A stretch of DNA of 64,000 bases from Chlorokybus atmophyticus (taxonomy: Eukaryota > Plantae > Mesostigma and Chlorokybus algae), in NCBI GenBank assembly GCA_009103225.1, contig RHPI01000671.1, forward strand, positions 617,915 through 681,914. The letters are read 5' to 3'. Positions 50,901-62,048 of the stretch are shown one piece after another. The position numbers were made by a program, and so were the translations under genes. Every line of letters begins with the position of its first letter. Position 1 is the first letter of the stretch. The notes under the pieces were generated by a model that was given only the letters and a program-made list of their open reading frames with translations, was not told where the DNA came from and did not search any database.

Positions 50901-52237
50901 CTGGACATGCACAGAGGAGAATGATGATGATGACGACCCAACCCAGTATGAGAAGTTCTGGTCCAAATACCATAAGGCCATCAAGCTGGGCATTATCGAG
51001 GACTCATCCAACCGCATGAGGCTGGCCAAGCTCCTGCGCTTCCAAACGTCCAAGTCTCCCGACAAGCTCGTCAGCCTCGACGAGTACATTGCTAACATGA
51101 AGCCGGGTCAGAAGCACATCTACTACCTCGCGGGCGAGACCCAGGCCCAGCTGGTGGAGTCTCCCTTCGTGGAGCGCCTCGTGAAGAAGGGCTACGAGGT
51201 GATCTACTTCACAGACCCCATCGACGAGTACTGCCTTCAGAGCCTCACCGAGTATGAGGACAAGAAGTTTCAGAATGTGTCCAAGGAGGACCTGAAGATT
51301 GGCGAAAAGTCCGATAAGCAAAAGGAGAAGGAGAAGGCCCTCCGCGCTGACTACAAAACCTTCACCAAGTGGTGGAAGGAAGCCATCGGCTCCGATGACG
51401 TGGAAGATGTTAAGGTTAGCACAGGAGATGACTCATCAATACACTTGCATAACAGCATGCTGTCATGCACGCATTGACTCATAGTTGCCTCCATATGCAC
51501 TGCAGATCAGCAACCGCCTCTCTACGACGCCATGCGTTGTGGTCACCAACAAGTGGGGCTGGTCGGCCAACATGGAGCGCATCATGAAGGCTCAGGCCAT
51601 GGCCGATGATGGCCGCACGAATTACATGAAGAGCAAGAAGACTCTTGAGATTAATCCCAGACACCCCATCATCAAGGAGCTCAAGGCCAAGGTGGACGAA
51701 GACTCTGAGGTAAGGGTAGCAGCGGTTTTACTGGTGTATTGTTTGGTTGGTAAGCTTTCAAGCTGACTTGGTATCTGCCACACAGTTTGACGGATACAAG
51801 TCCATGGCTCGTCTCCTGTACGACACCGCTCTCCTGGAGAGTGGCTTCAGCCTGGAGGACACCAAGAGCTTCGCGGCACGCATGGCAGCAATCATGAAGA
51901 GCACGCTGAAGATTGACCCTGCTGCTGATGTTATCGAAGAGGAGGAAGAGGAGGAAGAGGTGCGACAGTCATTATGACCGCGTTGAAGTGTTGTGTGTGT
52001 GCACCTGTGTATGTGTGCAGGTGTGCGCCCGTGTGTGTGGGGGCTCACAAACACAGGTGTGATGGCGTGCAGACTCCAGCCAGTGGCGAAACCGCAGACG
52101 CTGATGATGAGAGCAATGATGATGAGGATGGACCTTCTCCAACGGACTTCTTCACCGATGAGACTTTTGCGGACTCCATTAAGATCTCTACCGATGATGT
52201 GGATGGAGAAGAGGACAATGCCAGGGACGAGTTGTAA
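47986..52237 (+). CDS. HSP90B: Endoplasmin / GRP94 (ER HSP90)
   Basis: Signal peptide [17 protein letters not shown]; [35 protein letters not shown]; [14 protein letters not shown]; [18 protein letters not shown]; [13 protein letters not shown]; LEINPRHP; C-terminal RDEL-TAA. Confidence 0.98.
48355..48430. repeat. Perfect 36-bp inverted repeat with 4-nt GCAA loop in GRP94 intron 2
   Basis: tgcaaagcacatttttgcaagcacgcaaatgtgctt (48355-48390) + gcaa + exact reverse complement (48395-48430). Confidence 0.95.
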
Positions 52238-52895
52238 ACCGCACTCGAAGTTGCAACTGGTGATGAATAGCAATTTTGAACGAAGCTGAATGTTGAAACC
52301 TGTGTGTAGAGCACAGGTCAAGGTGTTAGAAACTTACAAGCTGTACATTTTGCGCTGTTGCTTGCTGGTGACCGCGCACGCAATATATCAAGCTGCTACT
52401 TTCTCTTGCTGTGATTTTTGCTTGTGCACAATCGCATGTGTGCAGTTGTACACGAATGCGTCCGTAACCGTGATGATTGGCAAGCATGTACAGCCTCCTC
52501 ACACAAGAGGGGTGCTTCACTCGCTTTCAGCGGCGACCAAACAGCACTAGAAATACAGATGCGCAGTCAAAAAAGCGGCATGCAAGTCCATACATGTCTG
52601 CACAGCGCTGTCACCTTTCTGAGCGTGCCACCCATGTGCCACCCTCTGACATGCACCTTGTCCTTTTCCAACACACTCCAACTGCAACGTTGTCCACAAA
52701 CATTGCTGCACTTGCAAGACCAAGACTGCACAGGCTTAGTCTACTATTGTGTTGGAGACATTGCTGAGTCGGCAACTACAGCAACAGGGAACCTGTCTCC
52801 TCTACTAGATTGTGGCATGCCAATATAGGTAGCAAATTGATCCAATGTTCACCGTACACGGCTGTGCAGAAGCCATGGATTGAGGTGGTTCGGGT

Positions 52896-55330
52896 TTAGA
52901 TTGTTGTTGTTGCCGAACTCCATTTGTGGTTGAGACAGGTGGGTGCTTGGCTGGTGGTGTGGTTTGACATCAATGATTTGACGTGCAGCTCCATCTCGCA
53001 AAATGAAGGACATGGAACACAGGTGTGGAAATTGCGCAAACAGCCACAGCCAAAACTAAGGTGACGCATTGCGGAATGCACCGTGGATAGGTTGCTCATG
53101 AAAGTCTCTGCTGACCTGAATGCCATATAATGCGTTAACGGTTGGTAACCTACGATCCCCATGTTTCTGAATCAAAACGAGTGTTGGCACATTGAAGCGC
53201 TTGCACACGCCGGGAATACAGCGCTGCGGCCATCACTTATAAACACCAGTTCCTTGAAGTGGTCCTGTGGCAAATCTTGCAGGAAAGTGGGGTCAAAGAC
53301 GCTAACATAATCATCCATCCACACTCTGAGCACTGGTGGCAGTTGCGCAGTTGCCTTGCATTGCAACTCAGCAAATTCTTCATAAAAGGAGGCCTGGTGT
53401 CTCTTTTGCAAAACCATGATTGTCCCTTCTTTTGCTTTTGGAAGTTCTTGCAAGTCCAATGTCCATTGCACACCCGGGCATCACCCTGCAATGCAGCAGC
53501 AAGCGGTAGTTGTTAGATCACGCTGCAGCAACCGCAGCCAACCAAATACTGACTTACCATGCTGCGAGCGTGAAAGAGGGCAACTCCGCGCATTAGGGAC
53601 TGACTCCTTGCAATGGTTACTGCCACATGGGCTTCAACTCCAACTGTAAGGTCTAAAAGACTGCGTGCTGAGTCCAACAACCTGAGTGCATCTGAGAGAT
53701 ATACCCTGGGCAACAGCAGCTCGCAAGCCTTCAAGTTGAATAGCTTTGGATTTGCCATGAGTAGTAAAATGTCTCGTTGACAGCGAAGATGGAGAAGGCT
53801 CTCAAGTTCAGGGAGACTAACTGCCATCGACCACCCCTCGCTCGCATGTAGAGTGAGACGCTCCAGCGGCGGCATATCCCGCGGGAAATTCAACTTTCTT
53901 GCGTGATACTGGCCGGTAGCTTGCCGCCGTATCCAGCAAACTGACGGTGAAATTACGTAAGTTCTCAAGGCTAGGGAGGCCATACACAATATCCGTTTCG
54001 ACATCCAGATCAGGGGTTGCCTGCAAGTTAACTGAGAGCTTCCACAGGTTTGCAAAAAAATGGCCCGCAAGGTTGATGCAGTGGACATCCTGCACGCATA
54101 CAGTCAGTCAATGCGCAAGCGCAGAGTGCAGTAGTCAGAACCAACATGCATGCATGCAACACGCACATCACCTCGTGCGGTGGGACTGAATGAACCTCCA
54201 GTTCTTGTACAGCTGCTATAAGCATGTTCGCGCATGCATATCTACCAAAGTCCAGCAGCTGCTTGTAGCTTAGAACAGCCTTGCTCCAGAACGAACGCTC
54301 AGTCTTGATAAGTGCTCGCATGGCTTTGGAGACTTCACACAACCATGCAGCGTGACCTTGTCAAGCATCATGCAAATGGCTTAACTCACAAAGCAGCAGT
54401 GCAACAAGTGCTTAAACAGCGTTGACGTACCGCGTGTCCACCAGACTGAACACTGCTTAGCAGATGTGGGACAGTCTCTAGGCAGTTGATCAGCGCATTG
54501 CCCACCTCCTCAACTCTGGGCGCGTTCGCTGCCATCTCTTTCAACCTAGCGCCGTTAATATCGTCCCTGCATTGTTGACGACACAGTATTGGGCAGATTG
54601 AAATAGCAAGTTTACAACTGTACGCAGACCCCAACTGCATTGGCCAATGCTGACTTGAGTGCCGCTGCTTTACGTGGGACTACAAGTGCAACCGAATGCA
54701 GAAGACCAACAGCAATGCTGGAAGGTATGCAGTTGTGCTTTAGCCTTATGCGCAGATATGCCTGTTACTTGATCAAAGTAGGGAGACATGTTGGGTGTGT
54801 TCAGAGCTTTGGGCAACAAAAGCCCGTATTGACAGCTGATATGAACTACAGGCACACTTTTACTGGTTGTATGGTTTGTCTGCACTATGCTTTCCGTGTC
54901 CGATGGAGGTTGGCCAGAGCTCCTGAAGTGAATTATGAGGACAGCGTAGCGACAGAAGCTTGTTGCTGGCCCACATTATGCCACGCTCTGTAACAGGCAA
55001 GAACAATGGCTGTGTGGTGCAAGGTGTAGGCCTAAGGGGCAAGTTAGGCTAAAAGGTGTGCTACGCACACACATAGGACTTGCATAACACTATCATTATG
55101 AGGCAACGGGTGTGTGTCTACTAAATGCGCACTTGACAGGACTCCAACTGTGAGAAGCAGCAATGAATGCACATAAGCAACTTCTGCTTCATTGCAATGA
55201 AAGAAAACAGTGCTTACGATGAGGCACAGGCTGAGCTTGCCAAGAGCAATATCCTGCTGTTGCTACTGTTTTCAACAACATGACAAGTCGCACAAACAAT
55301 GGCAACAGGAAGGCTGCAGTGCAACGAGCA
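52896..55330 (-). pseudogene. Uncharacterised leucine-rich (possibly F-box/LRR-like) gene, apparently frameshifted
   Basis: Protein-like frames with LRR-like spacing (GLPSLENLRNFTVSL, MPPLERLTLH, LPELESLLHL, LQELPK) separated by GT-AG introns. Frame switch near 53880 and stops near 54.6-54.9 kb. Weak F-box-like SLPVAIV...LLASSAC..|SAW at the 5' end. Confidence 0.35.
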
Positions 55331-55792
55331 CAGCTGCAGAACCCACTTCCACGTTCGTTAACAGAGGCCAATGGATTGCTTGCCTTGCAAAGAAGCACAG
55401 CGCATGCATCAGGCCAGAGGCTGGACGTATCAAGCACGTGTAAGTTACCAGCCTATCGCAGTGGTGTCCGCCGCCGCCGCCTGAGCCTGCTGCACAATGC
55501 AGCCAGCACCGTGCAGCACCGTGCAGCACCCTGCTTTACGAAAAGCGTAGCTCATTTCGGTTTGGAGTAACCTGCGCTGATATCGACGCCGCAACCATAC
55601 ATCCACGCGAGTCAGAAGCCGTACCGTGTACAGTAGTACTACTAGTAGGCTGGCCGCTGTGGCTGAGCCACCAGTTCACCGTGAATTACAGCCTATGATT
55701 CATAGGAGTTCTATGATAGGACGAATGCATGAATCAAGCTCTAGCGTTGATACTGCGTTCTGGCATACTGCTGGACAGAGAAGCATTGGTGC

Positions 55793-58700
55793 ATGCCAGC
55801 GGCCATGGCGTCGGCGGCGGTGGCGTCATCGTCAGCGCTGCTTGCACGCGGCTTGGGAAAGGCACGCGTGGATGCCTCCAGTGATGGGCATCATTGCAGG
55901 CATCGCAAGGCTGGCGGCGCCGGCCGCCGCCACAGCGCCCCTGCCTCCGCCTCCCTGGACACCACAGCTCACACCAACGCTGATGAGAAGAAGCAGGCGC
56001 TTCAGCTGCAGGCCAAGGTGAAGAGCTGTGAGTTGGTTAGCGTGGCGCTTGCATGCTTCTTTGTCGCTTTGCTCATGCATGTGAGCGAGATGTTGCTTGG
56101 CCATTGCAGTTAGCCGAGCTCAAGAGGGAGAATGAGGCGTTGAAGGCAGCTGCTGCTGCTGCAGAAGCTGCTGCACGCAGTCAGGATGTGTCAGCTTCAA
56201 CCAGCACGCAGCAGACTTTGTGCGTTAAAGCTCTAGCTGTGAACAGTTGTTGTTTACTGCTGCGTGCCGCTGTCAATTGACAATGCCTCGCTTGCAGCAC
56301 TGCCCCTCAAGTGGAGAAGCCGAGCAGGGTTGTTACTGAGCCTGAAGAGATTGAATGGCCCTCTCCAACAGACGAAGTGCCTTTCTGGCAGCGGCTTGAG
56401 TCTTCAGGTAAGCAGAGTAATAAGCAGTAGTAGGCGTAGTAGTAGCTTTGTGCATTGGTTGCATGTAACCGAGACACCTGAGCAACACCGGTACGTTGTT
56501 ATGTACGAATGGTACTTGGTAAATATTTGTAGAGATCGCACAATTCACAGCTGATTGCATGTGGACACATGCACGAATCATACTTTCAATGCGTGCAATG
56601 CAGTTTGTTACAACGCCATGCATGTTGACTTGGCGGTGTTGCAGCTGTGGCTGATGCTTGTGCCTTGCTGGACATCCAGCGGGATCAAGACCCCATGCAC
56701 ATTGTGCACGTCAGTGCTGAAATGGCGCCAGTAGCAAAGGTAGGCAATGCCATGCAGCAAAACATCATCATACATCTGCTCGCAACAGAGCCCTCATGTG
56801 CTTGAACAGGTTGGTGGCCTTGGCGATGTGGTCACTGGGTTAGCGAGGTCATGTTTGAAAAAGGGCCACAGAGTGGAAGTCATGCTGCCATACTACGACT
56901 GCTTGGACACAAATTCACAACAGGTAGGCCTGCCCATAAGCTGCAGTTTTGCTGCATACAAACTTTGATGTTGCATTGCATGCAACATTTATGGATGCAG
57001 ATAGATGGCGTAACGCAAGTGGAAGCGTATCAATCGTTCCACAAGGGACAGTGGGTCAAAGTTGATGTTTTCACGGCTAGAATATGCGCGGTGCCCGTGT
57101 TGTTGCTGCGACCTGACAACCAGTTCTTCAAAGGTGAGAGAAGCTGTTTTGGCGGATAATGCTGCACTTCTGCTTGTCGTACTCAGCATGCCTCTTGCGC
57201 ATTGGATTGTTGAATCAGGTAGTCGCATCTATGGTGGCAGTTACAACGAGATGGAGGCGTACTTGTTTTTCTCCAGGGCCTGCTTAGAGTACTTGCTGGT
57301 GGGTGCTGGTGGGTTTCTTCAGCAATGCACACACATCAACTTTCTGGGCTCCACTTATTCTAGCAGGAGTGAAAGCAGCTGCTTGGGCCAACTTAGCACA
57401 CATACGTGATGCATTTGTACCATTGTTGGGATTGTAGCTGTACTTGTGCTTGGACATGATGGCTGGGTGTGCAGGTGTCTGGGCGCCAGCCAGATATTAT
57501 CCACAGTCATGAGTGGCACACAGCTGCTCTCGGGTTGCTTTACTGGGACATGTACCACTCCCTGGGGCTTCAGGTCAGTATTGTACGCAGCGTGTGGTGG
57601 GCTATAAGTTGGCACAAACGCACATGCCTTGTTTCTTTGTGGCTGCGACGACAGCTGTAAGACATAACGCAAGTGTGTGTCATCAGAAACCAAGGTTGCT
57701 ATTAACAATACACAACATGGAGCACTATGGCGAGTGCAGAGAGGAGGAGTTGGCAGTGACAGGGTTGAATGCGCCAAGCTACTTCGAAGACGACAAGGTT
57801 GGGGTCACAAAGATCAGACACAGTAGCAATTGTTGATTTTACCGTTGAATGTGATTGTATGTACATGGTTATGTACGCTAGCATCTCTCACAGCTACGAC
57901 TGGGTCAAGGTTGATTTACTTAAAGCGTTACCGTGCCAGGCGTTAGATGATCGCACGAAGGGGCACAACCCGCCGCGTATAAGTCTTCTCAAGGGAGGCA
58001 TTGTGTATAGCAATGCTGTCACAACAGTGTCACCAACATACGCAGAGGAGACGCTACGTTCAGGTTGGATCTCTCAAACTCTCCAGAAGTACAGGCAAAA
58101 GTATCATGGTGTCCTAAATGGCATCGACACCGTCACGTGGGACCCCTCAACTGACGCGTATCTGCCTGCGCAGTACACAGGTGTGCGCGATTGCAATCAT
58201 GTTCAGTCCATGAGCATTGACTTTACACATACACATACGACTTGGTGGTCATGTTAGGCGCGGGCTCTCTCCATTGCTCATTGTTGTGCAGTTCAAGTCG
58301 GTGTCTGACACGTGCGGTTGGATGCAGCTGATGATGTGAGTCCAAAGAAGATTTGTAAAGTGTACATCCAGAAGGGTTTGGGCCTGGACCCCGACACGGA
58401 CATGCCGATTCCTGGTTTGGACGTGCCCAAAGATGCACCGCGGAGGCGCACTCCTCTCATTGCGTGCATTACGCGGCTCGTGCCACAGAAAGGCATTCAT
58501 CTCATACGCCACGCCATCTATCGCACATTGGAGCAGGTGCACCTGCACAAATTGCCCATTGATTATGCCTTGGTGTTACAAAAAGGAAAGAATGCCAATG
58601 GTCCCATATTGCGTTGCATGTTATTTTGCATGATGTGCTGACGGTAGTGTGTGCAATCCAGGGTGGGCAGTTTGTACTGGTGGGGTCAGCACCTGACCCT

Positions 58701-59461
58701 GCAATCAACAGAGACTTTCAGGGCCTGGCTCAGCAGTTCAAGGACCATCCTCAGATTTCCATCCTGCTCACATACAGGTCTGTCAGTGACTGACTGATTA
58801 TTGGCATGGAGACCCAGCATATTGTTGGGTTTGCACCTTGTGTTCATATGAGAAGTGTTAGCTAAGTGTATGGAGTTGAGTAAGTATCGCTTGTGCTGAC
58901 TTCTTTTGTGTGCGCAGTGAGTCGTTGGCTCATCTGGTGTATGCCGGGGCGGACTGCCTGCTGGTGCCTTCCATGTTTGAGCCTTGCGGTCTGACCCAAA
59001 TGATCGCCATGCGCTACGGGACTGTGCCCATTGTCCGGAGAACGGGTGGCCTCGCCGACACGGTGTTCGATGTCGATGACGAGTCACGCAAAGACTTTGG
59101 CAACGGGTTCCTGTTCAGCGGTGCTGATGAGAAATCTGAAAGCCAGGTTGGTGTCACGCTTTAGTAAATCGTCTCTGCCTGAGCCATTAACAGCATAGCG
59201 TGCATTCTGCGTATACACAGATATGCAAACACAAGCATGCATACGCACGCGATGTAGAACGCGTGCATGTATGCAGCCACACACATGACACGCATCCACA
59301 AATTGTGTTTGCTACTGCAGGCCTTGGACAGGGCAATTCAGTACTACAAGATGCGGCCAGAATGGTGGCAGGCGCTGCAGAGCAGTGTGATGCGCGTTGA
59401 CTACTCGTGGGAGCGGTGCGGGCAGACGTACATCGACTTGTACAGATCACTAAGGCATTGA
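55793..59461 (+). CDS. Soluble starch synthase (GT5), SSIV/SSVI-type, plastid-targeted
   Basis: Transit-like [16 protein letters not shown]; coiled coil; [14 protein letters not shown]|VGGLGDVV (KxGGL); [10 protein letters not shown]; [10 protein letters not shown]; [28 protein letters not shown]; ITRLVPQKG; [20 protein letters not shown]; [10 protein letters not shown]; [15 protein letters not shown]. Start could be 55793 or 55805. Confidence 0.95.
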
Positions 59462-60347
59462 TGCGTCGATGGAAATCTTTTAGCAAAGGCGACAGTGTTA
59501 CAATAAAGTGCAGTGTACCCTGCTGTCCAGTGCGTGATCCACCAGATCTGCGCCTTGCCTGCGCAAATCTTGCATGGAACTTGTGGGGGTATGCAGGTAG
59601 GAATGCAATCCAGCGCTGGCAGATTACTGTGGCTTTGGGCCATGGCTGCGGCTTAGTGCAGCTTTGCCAGTTGCAATTATCTAGTAAGCTGTGCCACACA
59701 TGCATAATCATGCGGATGCATTTGCACACAGAAGCCAGCCAGCAAGTATTAAGATGCTTGACTACGCACACCAGAGTGGTGACTAGAGGCATGTTGCGGT
59801 TTTCGTTAATTTCAGCTGGTGGTGTAGTGTTGCTGTGAGTAAATGGGCATTAAAACGCTGTGGACCTGGCTGTTACTGTTGTTCAGTGGTCATTGCATTT
59901 TGGTGCCCTAGCACCTGCCAATGTATCATAACCATGAAGCACGGTCCATGATGCTCATGCTGCTGTACATGAGCCAGTGCAAGTCTACATTGCACCTGCA
60001 AAGGCTGCAACTGTCCTCAAACCGTTGCCAGCTCACGCTCTTTTGTCACAAGTAATGTACCTGTGCATGCATGTCTTAGCCTGTGCATGCTACAAACCGC
60101 AACTCTATGTGTACAACCAGAATTGCAATACCCTGCCTTGTCTTGCGCAGTCACGGACAACATGGAGACAGTACACAAAAAAGCAGGGTGACATTGCAAT
60201 GGCCAGCTGCATGCAACCACGTGCCCAACAAGGTTACCATACCAACACTCTTATATTACAATAGTTCAGACGCTACACCTAATCACGCAGCAGCTCCAAC
60301 CAAATCCACACCGTAGCCCCAACCCGACCTCAGAGCAATTACCAGCA

Positions 60348-61645
60348 TCATGATTCCATGGCTTGCACTGTTTGCTGCGGCTTGGCCACACGAATTTTGA
60401 GCTTCTGCTTCGCAGCCTCCACTGCAGGCTTTGCAAGCAGCGACTCTGGCGCCCGCACCAGTGAAGTGCCCTGCTCCAGCTCCTTCCTGGCCTGTTGCAG
60501 GTCCCTGGCCTTGTTGCCCTTCATCCTGATAAACACAAGAGTGGTTAGGTAATTGGGTCATGTACACAAGCTTCCTAGGAGTTATCTTGCAATCAGCTCA
60601 TCAGTCAATAAAGGTAATGCTGGATCATGCAGGACTGATGTGTGTTGTGAGTAGCTGACTAGATAACCGATACGAGTCAAACCAAGATATGTGCATGTTA
60701 CCTGTTTTCGTAGAACCGCGCTTGGCGCTTCTCGCGCGTCTCCATGATCTTGCTGATCGCCTTGACGGTGGTCTGCACCAGCTCGCGGTTGTAGCGCAAA
60801 GGCCTGTTTCTCCTCCTCTCCATCTCAAACGTTGCGTCTGTCGCCAAGTCCTTTGCATGCGCCTGTTTGGATTAAAACACGACCGCAAGCATAAGCTGTT
60901 GTACATAAACTTTTCACTACTGCCGCAATAGACATAGTTCATACTGCGCTCAACCAATCCACGAAGCATTGAAACTGTTGGTGACGAGCATGCTTTCGCC
61001 AAATGGGGTGTGTGAGTACTTCCTGAGTACTTCATCACTTGGATCGCATGTATTAGTGAATCAATGCGTCCATACGATAGCATGATCAGTTAATCAATGC
61101 ATGCACACAAACCCACTTAGCACGCAAGCAATTATAGACTGACCTTCCGGTAAGCCTTGGTCCAAGCCACCTTCCTAGGATTCCTCCTCATCTTAAAGTT
61201 CTTGTGGCATTTTGAACGGCAAAACCGGAACACTCGGCAATCATTTCTGCAGACAAAGGCAATGACCCAGGTTAGCCAAAAGTGCTGATGTCTCAATTTA
61301 ACATCACACCTAGTGTGAAACAACTTTAAAACGCAATTGCAAGTTTTGCTAACAATGTAAGGCATTTCACTGAGCTGATACCAGCATTTTGTATCAAGCC
61401 ATACAGACTACATGCAACAAGAAACATAGCAACGAACGGACAAAACATGCGAAGTGTCCAAAACGAGGTGCCTCAAGTAAAAATCAACGAAGCAACGAAA
61501 CAAAATAGCCCAGAAAAGACAGTGGCATGCACTTCAAGACGTGATCAGATTTTACTAGCGCAAACATCAGTACCCACCTAACAAATGTGATGCCGTGCCC
61601 AGGGTACACTGTCGACGAGCAGAACCAACACCGCTCTAATCTCAT
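60348..61645 (-). CDS. RLP24: Ribosome biogenesis protein RLP24 (RSL24D1, eL24-like)
   Basis: [23 protein letters not shown]|[34 protein letters not shown]|...[19 protein letters not shown]...; stop ends 60348. Confidence 0.95.
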
Positions 61646-61729
61646 CTCTGCAGACCGTCACACAACGTCAAATCTCGCTAGCAATTTGCTGTCCTCCTCC
61701 TCTTCGTTTCCCTTCTCCTCCTCCGTTTC

Positions 61730-61737
61730 CTCCTTCT

Positions 61738-61768
<31 letters not shown>

Positions 61769-61965
61769 CGCGCCCTAGTTGTTAACCCTAACTCAGATAC
61801 AGAATCATCGAACCGGGTCGCAACAGGAATTATCCGGAACCAGATTGTAGAAAGTTTGAGGGAACCACTTCAGTGAGTTGTGCTGCCCGTTGCGCCGGCT
61901 AGGGTTTGAAAGTTCGAAAGCCCTAGATCGGGCCGGGCCAGGCCAGGCCAGGTCAGGCTAGGAGG
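61730..61965. promoter_or_regulatory. Bidirectional RLP24/kinesin-8 promoter region with telo-boxes, (GCC)n and (GGCCA)n
   Basis: aaccctaa 61784-61791, ctagggttt 61899-61907 (AAACCCTAG reversed), (gcc)n 61746-61770, ggccaggccaggccaggtcaggctagg 61937-61961. Confidence 0.6.
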
Positions 61966-62048
61966 AGGATTAGGCCGAAGGCGGGAAGGCGGCGGCGAGG
62001 GCGGCGAGGGGTGGGGCAGAGAGTGGAGGGCCTGGGACGCTGACGAGT

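Noticed and set aside
44160-52237. Non-standard genetic code (TAA/TAG as Gln, as in some ulvophytes) to explain in-frame stops in relic genes
   Set aside because: BiP ends HDEL-TAG and GRP94 ends RDEL-TAA, so both codons are true stops.
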